Positions 50,870-64,000 of a DNA stretch of 64,000 bases are shown piece after piece. Within the stretch, counting starts at the first letter, position 1. Every line of letters starts with the position of its first letter. The stretch covers positions 34,028,213 to 34,092,212 of the forward strand of contig OZ234493.1 of the NCBI GenBank assembly GCA_965153455.1. Direction: 5' to 3'. A program made the translations under genes and the position numbers. The notes beneath the pieces are model-generated. The model saw nothing but the letters and a program-made list of their open reading frames with translations, did not search any database and had not been told where the DNA came from. This DNA comes from Sphagnum compactum (taxonomy: Eukaryota).

Positions 50870-51405
50870 AAACTTCTATTTATGAACAAAAACCTCTAGC
50901 TCTTCCAGGCTAAACCTTTACCTCTGAGCAAAACCTCTCTATTAATTTTTGTCTAAACCTTTATCTCTTAGCAAAATGTTTTATTTCTTCTTGATTATAT
51001 ATTTAGTTCTTAACAAAACCTTTCTATTTCATGGCTTAATCTTTACATTTTGTCCAAACCTATATCTTCTTAGCTAAACTTCTCTTTTTTGGGGAAATTT
51101 TTTATTTTTTTCTAACTAAATTTCTATCTCTTAACAAAACTTCTTTATTTCTTAACAAAACTTTGCCTCTCTTCGAAACCTCTATATTTTCTTGAATAAA
51201 ATTTTACCTCTTGATAATAGCTCTCTATTTATTAGCTAAACTTTTTTTTTTTTAACAAGACTTTTTTATTTTTTTAACTAAACCTTTAACTATTTTTTAA
51301 CCTAAACTTTTACCTCTCAACAAATTTTTTTTATTACTTGACTAAACCTTTACTTTTTGACAAAACTTTTTTACTTTTTAACTAAACTTTTACCTCTTTA
51401 TTAAC
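50870..51405. repeat. Array of degenerate ~40-bp units (ctaaac(c/t)tttacctct.aacaaaac), probably TE subterminal repeats
   Basis: The motif recurs more than 10 times head to tail. Confidence 0.65.
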
Positions 51406-52299
51406 CTTAGGTGGGTATTACTAGTGAGTCAAATTTGTAATGAGCTGACAACTTTCCTTATGTAGGTATTGTATTGTTTTAAAATTCGTGACATTACCAA
51501 TAAAACTTTGCAATTCAAATGGGATTATTGTATTTATGTTTTTTAATCCATTTGTTGCATTTAATTTTACCTCCAAATTAATATATTGCGTTCATGAATA
51601 TGAGTGTTTGATGTAATACTTGGAATTAGTATGGTGAATTTATATTATCATATGATGCATAAAGACACTTGGTGCAAATGGGATAACATTGTTACAATAC
51701 ATGTTTGTTATATTGGAAATAATAGATTATCATGTAATTTTATTCCAATGATGGAAGTAGTTTTAGGGTAGTTTTTCTTTTTATGTATGTAATAATTAAT
51801 ATTTTTTTCATCAAATTTTAACACTGTTGTGACCAAAAATACCTTGGTGTGAATTAGACAAAACTTTGTTTTGAAAAATAAAATGCAAAAGTAACCATAT
51901 TGAAATAGTGAATTCCCATCTGCCAAAAGTAAAAAAAATTTTACAAAAAAATTATTTTATTATTTACCCTTGCTTTAAAAAATGCATGGTCAAAACAACT
52001 ATTTATAAAGCTTTCCTCCAAACCTAATATTTCACAATTTACAATTTTAATAATGTAACAATCATAGTGTTTAGTTTATATCCTTCATCTTTCACATATT
52101 AGGCAGTGATTGTTTTCTTCAAATCATGTTGTTCCAACAAATAAACTAATTTTTTAGCTAGATGTTACAAGACATTATTTTTGTAGTTTCAAAAAGTCTA
52201 ATGGTAAGAGCTTTGGTTGGTAACTAGGTTACAAAAAATTAATTACAAGTGGGAAAATATCACGACCCTTTTTTGAGGTTCATAAATCAAAGCTTATAG

Positions 52300-52870
52300 T
52301 TACCAAAAACATTTTGCCAATGTTGGTAAAACATATTTAATAATTTCACTTTTTCCACCAACTTACGTAGAATCTTTTATGGAAATTAATTCTTAAAAGG
52401 AAAGAGAATCCTTGGACACAAATGCATAATCAAACATTGAACCACACATTTTTCACAAACTACATAAACAAATCATTTTTGACGATCGAAAGGCCAATAT
52501 CTTGCACAAAGTCCCTTTGTTTCACATATCATCTTTCTTGAAAAGAATTTTTGCAAGAAAAAAACTAGAAATTAAATTTTCAAATACATTTGACCTTTTC
52601 TTTATTGGTTGCCTTTAAACACACCTCCTTTCAAGGGAGAATTAATTTCCTCATCAAATATTTTTGCAATTATATAATGTTTATATCCTTTTCTTGCTTT
52701 AGTTTTTAGATTTAGAATTAAGATTATATTATCATAACAAATAATACATTGCATAGTTTGTGCATGAGAAACTTCTAAACATCTTTGTTATCATTCACAC
52801 AAAAGAAATCCCAACAATGCATTCTTGTTATGTGGTTTCCAAGCTTCTCTTTGGCCATGCAATTTTTACA
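52300..52870 (-). mobile_element. Highly degraded N-terminal fragment of a hAT-like transposase
   Basis: Broken frames read ...KPHNKNAL.WDFFCVNDNKD...FDEEINSPLK...FKKDD...FVKNVWF...IMHLCPRILFP, resembling the region upstream of the hAT catalytic domain. Confidence 0.4.
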
Positions 52871-54944
52871 ATTTTAAAAATTTACTTATTTGCATTTTTA
52901 TTTATGTTTAATTACATTATCCTCTCTTAATTGCAAAGGTTCTTCTTCCATTGTTACTTCATTCATAAATATTTCACATGTATTTTCACTTATTTTATTT
53001 TCATTTTCAAAGGACTTCTTGAAATTTCAATTTTCACAAGATAATGTAACAAAAGGTGTAGGAAAAAAAATACCATTATATGATATACCAAATTCTACCA
53101 ACAATGTACAACAAAAAAAAACATTTACTAAAACATTTCTACTCTCATTAATGTGCAAAATTACAATAAAGAAATACTTTCCACAAATAAAAATATTAAT
53201 TTTTGTAGGTAAGATCACAAATCTTTCACAAAAATAAACTAAAATGTTAGAATTAAAATTCAAAAACTTGCTTTTGAAACACCACAAAAGATATTTTAAA
53301 ATATAAAAAAAAATAAAAACAAAAATTAATTACAAAGAAAACCAAAAAGAAAAGAAAAGAAAAAGGCTAAACAAAATACATAAAAAATAAAACAATGAAG
53401 GAAAAAAACTGAATTTTTTTTCTTTTGAAGCGTATTTTTACAACTTGAAGTTAATGTCCAAGTGCAAGTGCTCTAGGATTCACAACTTGCACTTCAAAAG
53501 GGAACTTGCACAACCACAAACAACACATAACATTGGCTTGAATCAACAACAAAAATCACTAGGAAAGGAAGGGGTTAGTACTTGCTTGAAGTAGCTCACA
53601 ATAGCTTGAAGCAATAATTCACAACAATTCACACCTTACAACTCCACCACACCAAACTCACACAAAGAACCTTGCAAATCGAACCTCATAATAGCTTGCA
53701 TGAAACACATGAAAATCACACAAAGCAAAACAAATTCAGACACAAACCATAAAATTTATGAACCAAAACACAAAACATAATATAAAAGCACAAGAGGTGA
53801 GAGTTCAAGCACTAAAGTAAGTTAAAAAACAACCATTATCACATTGGGGAAACAAGAAAAGATAAATATGTTGAATGCTACCAAAAGAAACAAAAATTGG
53901 AAAACATAAAACAGTAAACCCTAGTTGCTTTAATCCTACACTAACCCTAAGAATTGGATCAAGGTTCCTTGAAAGAATCTCCTATTTATATATATATATA
54001 TTTTTTAAATGAACCCAATTATTGAAGTGAAAATTTTTTTTGTAACCGAAATCAATTTATAACTAAATCCAGTAGAATCTTAAGTGATGCAATGTAACCA
54101 AAACTGGTTTTATGGTGTAACCGAAATCAAATTTATGGAACTAAAACTGGATTTGTTTTAATTGAAACTGGATTTAAGGATGTTTATTTTTAGAATTGAA
54201 AATCTAGAAATGATCAGTTAAACTGATAGTTAGGGTGTTTTTTAATAAGGTTTGGAAGGCATATATCTAGGGGGAACTTTAGTTTCTCTCCCTTTCCAAA
54301 AAGAAGATTGTACGAAGTTTTTTCAAGCCTCCTTGTGAAGAAAGCTCAAACCTTTTGAGCTTTTGCCTTCTTTTGGAAATAATCAATGTTTTTTGCTAGA
54401 CTATTATTTTCTCCATAGGCTTTTTATGTTTCCAATTATGTTCATTCAATGTGTGTGTTTTTCCAGGGTTATCTTATTGCTATCACATGAGTTTTAGGTT
54501 TGTGTTTTGATATCTAAGGTGGTTGCAAGTGTATTACCCCACTTCAAATCTAGTAGTGTGAATCCCCTACCGAAAATTGCAATACTCCGGAAATCTAATT
54601 GATTCACTAATAGTTGAATTTCGGTGGTTTCAAATATCACCCCCCTTTAAATAAGAATTTATTAAATTTTTGTTGCATTCACAAACCTAGTTATTTACCA
54701 AGTGGCCTTAACATTTGGTGACCATACTACGGATACAAAACTAGAATACCTAGTTCCATAACTATAAGCTTGGCATAAGGATAAAGTTATTTGACTTTAT
54801 TTAGCATTGGCCTTTTTGGCTTGATCTCATAAGGATTATTTTTAAATATTTTTCACTAAATGTTTTTGCTATTTTTTTTCCATTAATTTTTTTTGTCTTA
54901 GCACAATAAAAGAAAAATAAATATAACGAAATATCTACCATTTT

Positions 54945-56420
54945 TTGTTTGGGTGTATTATGTCGACTATTATGATGAAAGGTATGCTGAAAAATTTGGA
55001 TGAGGTTTTGCAAGAAAGTGCAAGAAATGGCCGACCAATTTATGAACCGGATCAATCCAAAGTGGATGATGACATTGTCACTACATTTCATAACAGCGAT
55101 GCGTTGGAAACCAGAATCGAAAAAATAGAACTGGACATCGAAATAGTTCAATTACCGAAATTGATGGGGGAGCCTTTCCCGAGGCTATTGCCCATTACAT
55201 TACAACAAGGAGTCTCTTGAGATCCTACCGAAAATCCAACTTTTTGGTACCATGAAGGAATGCGCCCTAGCTCAACCGCTTCGAAGGCCAATTTAAATCA
55301 AATCCAAGAACGTTTGGAAGAGTTATGACACCCTCAAGACCCTCAGGAAAAAGATAACTTGGAAGATAACTATAACAGTCGTTTGTCGAGAATGAATCTC
55401 GTGGGTGACAATGAGCTTCACCTAGAAAATCCGATAACTTATGTTTTCAATGTGAAAGCTTCTCCTCATGTGTGTTCATTTTGTCATGGGTTTGGGCATT
55501 TGTTAACCAGCTATCCCTATAGATTTAATCGAGTTAAAGTTCAGCCAATTTTGCCAATCGCACTTCCTCTAGTAAATCCTCCCATAGCTCCAGTTCCTAC
55601 TTACCCAAATATTGTACCAAGGAATTCTGGTTCACACTTGGGTATCGAGGGAGATAGGGGTGAATTTCCAGGATTTTCAAATCCCACAGGAAATCTTTTC
55701 CTCCCCCAAAGGCCTATGGTTTTTTTGTGGCATTGGCTTCTATGCAGCCCTATTGGCCCATTATGGGATAACCCTATCAAGGGGGGAGACCGGTTGCAAC
55801 ACCAAGATGGGGCTGGTCAAATATGATGCCAGGAGACGACGTGGTTATGGTTGTAATGACCATGGTCGAAAAATGAAAAGTGCAATGATTGGGACGAACA
55901 TTTGCACACAATTTTATTTGTTTGCCAAACAACATTCAAGGTCACTATTAGGCGTACCCCTTTCCAACTCATATATGGGCTTCACCCATTAATGCCCACA
56001 GAATATTTCCTTCCTTTGGAGAATAATCCAATGGATCACACTCTGATACTTGTTCTATCTAGTTGAATAGTCGACTTAGAAAAGCTGGAAGAATCTTATC
56101 ATTTGCTGCTGAGATGACTACAAAACGATAATCCAATTTGGCAAAATGGGCGAATCAACACTACAAATAGAAATCCTTTGCCCTTGGTGACCATCTCTTA
56201 TGGTTTCCGAAGTCCAGAAAAACTCACCATGGAAATTTCAAATGGCAATGATTTGGGCTATACCGAATCTAGTATTGTCTCCCCAACAACACTGTTTTGT
56301 TGGTCACGGTAAACAAATTCGACCCACACCCCATCCTTGTAAATGTAAACAAGCTCAGGCCTTACCAACTTTCTGTAGTTTCCTGACGATAGGAATCAAG
56401 GGTACAAGGGGGGGGGGAGA
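54945..56420 (+). mobile_element. Ty3/Gypsy LTR retrotransposon relic (gag-like zinc knuckle and integrase C-terminus; RT/RNaseH not seen)
   Basis: Degenerate knuckle CSFCHGFGHLLTSY. Integrase fragments TTFKVTIRRTPFQLIYGLHPLMPTEY (about 55925-56010) and the GPY/F-type region YCLPNNTVLLVTVNKFDPHPILVNVNKLRPY (about 56270-56366). Purine tract at 56406-56420. Confidence 0.75.
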
Positions 56421-57255
56421 TCCCAATGAACAACCAAAATGGAATGAAGAAAACAAATCGGAAGTGGAGGATGACACACAACCAAAAGTGAACAGTTAGC
56501 CAATTATCGTTCCATTGAAACAATACTTCAACAATGAATTGGAAATGGACAATCATCCGGTTATAGCTCCATCGAAATTGTTCTTTGACAATGAACCGAA
56601 ATTCAATGAGGTTTAGGTTAGTCTGGAAAAGTAATTGGAAACGAATCATATGGATACTACTTCACCAAAAAAAATCTTTGGCCCAAAACCAAAATGGAAT
56701 AAGGATCCGGTTACAACTCCTCCAGAAACGGAGATTACACATTTGATTACATTTTTCATCTACCGGAACTGGAAGTGACAGAAACAGTTTCCTTCCTACC
56801 ATTAAATGATGGGCGTGGCATAGGTGGCTTTTCACTTGAAAGATGATGCGAACAAACTCCAAATGGGACAAAGAACAATGAAACATGGTGTAAGAAAAAC
56901 CAAGTTGGGTGTTACATGGTACAAATTGTGTACCTGGAAATAACCATGGGAAGACTGGGAATCAGAGAAGAAAAATCGATGACAATTTCTCTTTCGCACA
57001 TTGAAGACGTGTAAAACGGAAGTGACGAATCAAACACCACTAGATCCAGTAAAATTGATGTCATCAACAAAGAAACAATTACCAATAATAGTTATCAAAA
57101 ACCAATTACGAAAAACTGAGGTCAAAGAACCAACTAGAAAACAACATTACAAATAATCAAGTACAAAAACAAAATTACCCAAAAACAATTATAAAAAAGC
57201 GGTTACCAAAAGTAGTTATGAAATAAATATTACCAAGGAAATAGCAAAATTTGGT

Positions 57256-60200
57256 TTGTGGATGAATAAAGCAGCATGTGACACTTTTGCCTTTGTCATC
57301 AATTTTCTAACACCACAATGGGAGCCTCGTCATGTATGTGTGGGTCTTTTTGAGGTTAATGACACAACAAGGGCTAGATTAACAAAACAAATGACAACTT
57401 TATTAGAAAGGTTCAAGCTTACTTCCAAGATTTTATGTTTTGTTAAAAATGAAGGCACAAACCTAGGGACAATGATTGCAACCTTAAGATTTGTGGTGAC
57501 ATGTGAAGCATTAAAACTATATGTGCCTTTTGATGGGTTTGCTTTGGGCATGCAATGAATAAGGCTACCAAATGTAACTTCTAATGAGAAGGTTGCAACA
57601 GATTTGGCACCAATGAATATTAAATCATCATAAACAACTTTACAAGCTTGCATTACTTGGCCCAAAAAATCAATGATTAGAGTCGTAAGAAATTATATCA
57701 TTGACTATAGTCATAAGATATTACTTCAAATCCTATGTGTAAAAAGTTATAGTCATATATTAATGGTGCATTTGATTTGATAAATGATAACATGATAATA
57801 GGAAAGATGACATCATTTTTTCATTGCAAGTTTTCATCCATACGACATCTATGGATTGATGACAAAATAATGTGAATATCCAAAATATTATTTGAAAATG
57901 TGATAATGATAAAATCATTTCAAATATAACTAAGGAATGATAATGCAAATGACATGGATAAAATGATTTATCAGGACATAGACAATATGGACATAAAATT
58001 AATTTACAATGATTTAAAAATGACTAATAATCATTAATAGACAAATATAAGGAATTACATCATGCAAGGAATTAATTTTGACTAATGTTTATACATGTAT
58101 AGGCAATCTAAAAAATTTTATATTTTAATTTAAAAATCAAATAGAAATGTAAAATGTGGGAAATATATAATTTATTTGTAAATTAAAATTTTATCATAAA
58201 TTTAAGTACATATATATATATGTATGTATATAAGAAAATAAATTTATAATAAATGTGTAAAATAATAATATTACTATGCAACAATATTAAATTTTATATG
58301 TAAAAATGAATAAAATTCATATGTTCAAAAATTATTAATTTCCTAATATTAAATTAGTATTTAAGAATTTTAACTAAAATATTTTGAATAAATTTATACA
58401 TCATACTTAATAGGATTAATATTTAAAAAATTAATATATATTTTAGATATAATTTATTTATGATCTAGTTATAAATATTTTATGTGGATAAATTATATGG
58501 ACTCATATGTCTAAATTAGAATTTATTAATAAAATTATGACATATGTTGGAAACAAAATTGTTTAATATAAATTCCCAAATCAAATGAAGGTTTAAAATA
58601 TGAAGTATATATTTTATTTATTCTTGTATTAACCATTAAGGTTTTTCCAATTTACAAATCATGTGTTTGAATTTATTTTTTAAAGAAGGGTCATTAAAAG
58701 GTTATTCAATAGTGAAATTCAAAATTGTTTTTGAAATGAATTTATATATATTTCTAAAAAATTACATATTTTTGTACATTATTGAAGAAAATTTATGAAT
58801 AAAATTTCAATTTTTTCATTTAGGAAAATTATCAATGAGATATGACTTATCAAATTTGAAGCTTTGTGTTATTTTTAAATGAAATATCGTGTAAATGGAA
58901 TAAACATTAAATTATTTACACAACAAGTGTGGTGGCTTGATGATAAAGGAATTGAACTGCATCTTTGGGACCCCCTTGGGGTCCAAGAGTCAAACTTCAC
59001 AAATGACATTTATTATGGTCAACAATGGAATATTGATTGAATATTTTTTAACCTACTTAGTTTACTTAGGTTAGGTGCTTACTTAGGTAGATTAAATGGC
59101 TACTTAGCCATTTAAACTAGGTGATGATACATGTCAACAATGGATAGGATGAAAAATATTGAAATTAAAATACATAATTTATTATTTATATTATATACAA
59201 TAAATTTATGATAATTAATATTATGGTGTAAAAATTTAATTTTACCCAAGTTTTTTGGGTTCAATTTATAATAGTAAAAAACAAATTACACAATGATTAA
59301 ACTATCACTAATGGTTTCACATATGTCCTTCATGAACACAGGATGAAGTGTGCCACATCATGTACTAAATGACTATTGTCCTAAACAAATTGTTCGTAAT
59401 GACTTTAGGGCTATTAATCATTTTTATCCTTTTTGATTGGAATACTAATCATAGACTCAATCATGTATTTGAAGATTTTTTATAATGAAGAAAGAAATTG
59501 ATAAAGTTGATGTTGTGTTGAGATTTGTTCAATGTTTAGGAGTTTTTCATTTTCAAGGTAACACATGGCTTCGAGTTGTTTATTGTGCATTTTAAGGAAA
59601 GGCTCCAAAGAATGGAAGTGTGTATGCTTGGATTGTGGTTCACACGAATGAAAGCTAACAACACCTATGAATATTCATTTTGCACCAAAGGTATCAATGT
59701 TTCAACAATATTTGATTTATCAAAAATCAATTGTTATGTGTTATGATTGTCAAACTAAAGCATTGGCCAACAAGATTCCTTGTGCAATGACATGGGTGAT
59801 TATAGAAGCAATTTGTGAAGTCCTTGTTCCAATTGTAGCAACTTGGTTGCTTTTTGATGCACTTGCTAGCACAATCAAGTTGTATGTGAGATTGGAGAAG
59901 GAGAAATTGGACATGTAGGCCAAAGTTGATCTTGTCACATATTTGGACATCCAAATGAATGTGAAACAATTTGAGGCTAACATAAAATAGCAAGTGACAT
60001 GTGTTTTGCACCTTTTTTTGGGTTTCATGAATTGCCATAATGCACCCAAGGCACACAATATGTTGGCTTTCATGTTAGATCCTCGTCTTAAGCATTATAG
60101 CTTGGTAGGAAATTATGTTGGTCATGCATCAACAATTGATATTGCTTATACATATGATGCACACTTTTTCCTTCCAACCTTCCAAGAGTTGTATCAGAAG

Positions 60201-61215
60201 ATGCAAGGACGGTTGGTTACTTCAAATGTTTAACAAGAGATTGTGCACAACACCAACATTGTATTTGGAGTTGGGGCATTAGAGATAGGGAGGAGCTTTG
60301 AACAAGTAAGTTTCTTGTTTCTTTCGTGTGTTTATGTGACATGTGATTTCATTTGTTTTTTATTCTACATGTAGAATGTAGACCACTAACATTTTTCCAT
60401 ACACTACATGTGAATTTATGTTCATTGTGAATTTAATTGTTTTTGGACCCTTGATGTGGCCTTCAAGGAAGCCAAATCACCTCTTCAGTGGTGGGCAAAG
60501 CATGAGGGGCAATTCCCAAGAGTTACCTTTCTTACAAGAGCAATGTTGGGCATACTTGGTAGTCAGGTACATAGAGACTCAATGTGTTTTTTCTATTGTA
60601 GGGATCTTCATGGTCCTTTGTTGATGTCACCTTGGTGCAAAGAACCTAGATTTGTTAATTTTGCTCATTAAAAATTGACTGAGTGATCCATGTGTGGGAT
60701 TAGAAGATGCGGAAAGGTTTGAGGAGCTAGAAGAGAGACTTTTAGATCTTCTTGCTTCTGAATTATTTGGAGCAATTGAGTGCCACATAGAGGAGTGCCA
60801 AGAAGATTGGGAAAACTTTACTTTTGGATTTTGGACATTCATTTGCACACACCACATACTATTGAGTTTTTTCTGTCATGGCACTTCTTCTTTTTTTTTT
60901 CCCCATGCAAGCAATTTTTTAACATAATTTTACTTTTTCAAAAAAAATCAGACATTTATTTTAATTTACATGGTTTAATGCAGATTTACATGGCGGGCAA
61001 GTGTAAATCACTAAATACACTTACACTTGTCCGGTTTTACATGATTCAAAATCAATTTACACGATTTTACACTTACACATTATAGGCTAGATATTTACAC
61101 TTACACTGATGTGGATTGAAAGTTTACACTTACATGAACACAAAGTGTAAATAAAATTCCTAATTACACTTACATGATGTGTATTTTTAAAACCACATAC
61201 ATGCCCAACATTGGT
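57256..61215 (+). mobile_element. Degenerate Ac-like hAT transposon interrupted by a ~1.8-kb AT-rich insert (about 57680-59480)
   Basis: WMNKAACDTFAFVINFLTPQWEPRHVCVGLFE...ILCFVKNEGTN; LQACITWPKKS; MLAFMLDPRLK; dimerization-like PLQWWAKHEGQFPRVTFLTRAMLGILGSQ..ETQCVFSIVG. TTTACACTTACA subterminal repeats at 61015-61175. Confidence 0.8.
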
Positions 61216-62498
61216 ATCTTCACCTTTTTGAGTGAGGCCTCTTAGGGGCCATTTTAAGCCCAAAAGAAGTGAGATTTGAACTCAGAGACCCTAATTTTGT
61301 CTTGGGGTGGGATATTTGTAATATCTAGAAATAATTTAAATGGATTTTGAGATTTTGACCGTGGCTCCAATGAGCAATTTAAGTTATTCGTGGAGTTTTG
61401 GGAGCTAATGGAAAAGCCCATCTATTTGCAATTAGGGGGGTGCTGGTTCACCCAAGGCCTGTGATAACCGCCAAAACACAGGTTAGAACTGAAGGGTGCA
61501 ATTGGGGGAAGAAGCAGAGGGAGGAGGGGGACAACAAACTGGCCATCTTGGAAAGGAGGTTCCATTAATAATAATGTCAAGTCAACTCAGCAGCTGCAGC
61601 TGTTTTGTTCACTGTTTCACTGGAAATCAGGAAGATTATCATCAATGGGGTTGGACCATGAAAAACCGTCCCAAGACAAGTTAGTATTCCATTTGCAGGC
61701 CCAGAAGGAGGCAAAGGTTGTAGCAACAAATTTCAAGCATAGAAGAAAGGCATATTTTGCTCCCCTGCCTGTATGGCATATGCCTATACGTTTGTAAGCT
61801 GTTCCAAATACCTTACCCTAAAGAAAGTCAGTTTCGTCACTAAATAATCCTCAAAATAGCTGTGAAATGAAATTTTGTGAAAATATGAAGTTGACATGTT
61901 AAAAATCATCATAATTGTCATAGGTTACATTCTGAATAATTTCACTACTCATATCACAATATTATAGTAGATAATGGAAATATATATAACTCCAAAATTA
62001 AAAAACGAATTCTGGTTTTGAAAAAAATAATTATTCATTTTGTCAATGTGGAAACTGACCCTAGGCTATGGTATTAGTGAATGTTGCTTTTAGAACTGAG
62101 TCAAAAGTGGGTCTCCAATGCTCACCAGGGAGATGCTTCATTTTCGAGCTATACATTCAGTTCACTACATATTCCCAGATTTCAATATTGTCTCCTCGTT
62201 AAGTTAACCCACTAAATGACCTCCCCATCTAGCATCTACTAGGGTTACGAGCCCAGGTGTCCAAGGACCTCCTGATCGGAGCGTCCCCATAAAAATGTAG
62301 ACTCAGAATGGTAACTTATGGTTTTGGGACATCCCAGCGTAGCTCAGACTACGAGAGCCCTGATAAGCACCAGGCAGCATGCCAAAAGCTTTGAGGTAAT
62401 TACGGTGAGTGCCAAGAAACGTTGGGAGTGTTTGGGAGTGTTGGGCATCATCACGGGAGCACCAAGCACTGTTGGGAAATACCTGGCCCAAAAAACAA

Positions 62499-62530
<32 letters not shown>

Positions 62531-62693
62531 GCCAATGGTTTCCATGTTGGGAGCATGGCAAAGCACTATCGAGCATGCTGACATGTCCAGGATCATGCTG
62601 AGGAACATGCCAGCACATCAGGGTCGCCTTGGGGGAACGAGCACCTACACTGGCACCATGATACAAACCCTAAATATCCCATGGCTAGACTAA

Positions 62694-63031
62694 GGCCCGC
62701 TTTAGACCAGGGTCCAGGGTCCAATTTCCTAGGAACCAATTTGGACTGATTTGAAGCAAATTGAATCCTTGAGTTGGACAATACCTCAGTCCCTAGCCTG
62801 ATTCCTGGTTCTCCAAATTAGGAGCTCTCCTTTTAGCACTGTTTTTTGGTCTAAACTCTTTTTTGGTTTGTTTCCCTCTGAAACAGGTGCCATGTAGGTT
62901 TAGCCTCAATTTGCCACTTTTTGGTCTTGGACCCTCATCTAAAGGCCTTGGGACCAGTTAAAAGCTTTCGACCAATAAAGTTGCTTGAATTCATTCGTCC
63001 CTGGACCCTGGACCCTTGTCTAAAGTTGCCC
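62694..63031. mobile_element. Tourist-like (PIF/Harbinger) MITE
   Basis: ~30-bp TIRs GGCCCGCTTTAGACCAGGGTCCAGGGTCCA versus GGGCAACTTTAGACAAGGGTCCAGGGTCCA (reverse complement of the right end), flanked by TAA at 62691-62693 and 63032-63034. Confidence 0.8.
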
Positions 63032-64000
63032 TAAATCAGGGTCTCCAAGTCCAAGTTTAACAGTTTCTCAAATAATCATTAGCTAGCGCTAAGAGGTCTT
63101 GCTCAAGAAGGTGAAGGTACCAACATAGGTGCTTGTTCACCCTGGCTCTCAGGGACCATGCCGAGTAGTGTGCCAGCACATGTTGAGGACAACGTAGAGA
63201 GCACTGGTCACAAGGTAAATTTGAACCAGAAATGCAATAAAGTAAACATAGGTAAGAATGAAAAAAAAATTTGCTAGGGAGGGATTTACCAGGACGTCCC
63301 TCGTGGCAATCCCGCAACCTATACCCACTCAAGAATTGAGAGTATCCCATGACCACCAAGTTGGAATGAGTGTGGGGCAGATATCACTTTTCTTAAAGAT
63401 CAGTTCAGGCCAGTTCTTTGCTTTAAAAAAAAAGAAATCAAAGAAGTTGCAAGGTCTTTAAAATCTCTAATTTTTACCACTAAATATTTATCAAATAAAT
63501 CTCCCCAATATCATAATTATTGAATATGTGAAATCGTTTCTTTGATTAAAATTAGAATTTTATTCTCATAATTTACATATACATAGAATGAAGAATACAA
63601 TAATTATTAATCACCTGTAAAACCTAACCTTAAACTCTAACCCTAGCCTAAACCCTAATCTGAGAACTGTGGGGTTCTCAGGCAGAGCTGAATACTTGAG
63701 GGAGCCAGTTCTTTCCAAGAATGGTTGTTAGTTCTTTCAGCGGACAGATATCTACCATAGTCACATCCCGCAGCTACATGGGAAAGAACCGCCCATATAT
63801 TCAGTTGGCAAGCATGTATCTATTATTGTTAATCCACCCTTGATTGGTGGATATACCTACCTGAAACATCTTTGAGTTCCGTAGCCTAGGGTCAGTTTCC
63901 ACGTTGACAAAATGATTTTATTTTTTCAAAAAATGAATTTGTTTTAAAATTTTGAAATTATATTTTTTTCCATAATTTACTATAATATTGTGATATGAAT

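Overview
Intron-rich, AT-rich land-plant genomic DNA (TTTAGGG telomere motifs, telo-box, GT-AG introns; the repeat landscape suggests a moss such as Sphagnum, which is an inference). Three host genes lie on the minus strand. (1) An ABCG half-transporter (1-4266, 3' end runs off the window) whose ATPase motifs are all degenerate. (2) A small gene (21449-22669) ending in a TM helix plus a PPPT tail, the signature of a plant KASH protein. (3) A 19-exon phenylalanyl-tRNA synthetase beta subunit (34539-40927) with one GC-AG intron. The most notable element is a 5'-truncated but uninterrupted Penelope-like retroelement of the Naiad/Chlamys type (about 31429-33751) just downstream of PheRS-beta. Four short, same-orientation copies of its 3' end also occur in the window, three with target-site duplications. 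The conserved 3' end carries all hammerhead-ribozyme core motifs (GUC, CUGAUGA, GAAA, stems I and III) but in a non-canonical order and without a recognisable stem II. The rest is TE debris: a Copia relic, a complete but dead GC-rich hAT with TIRs and an 8-bp TSD, a Gypsy relic, further hAT relics, a Tourist-like MITE, tandem duplications and microsatellites.
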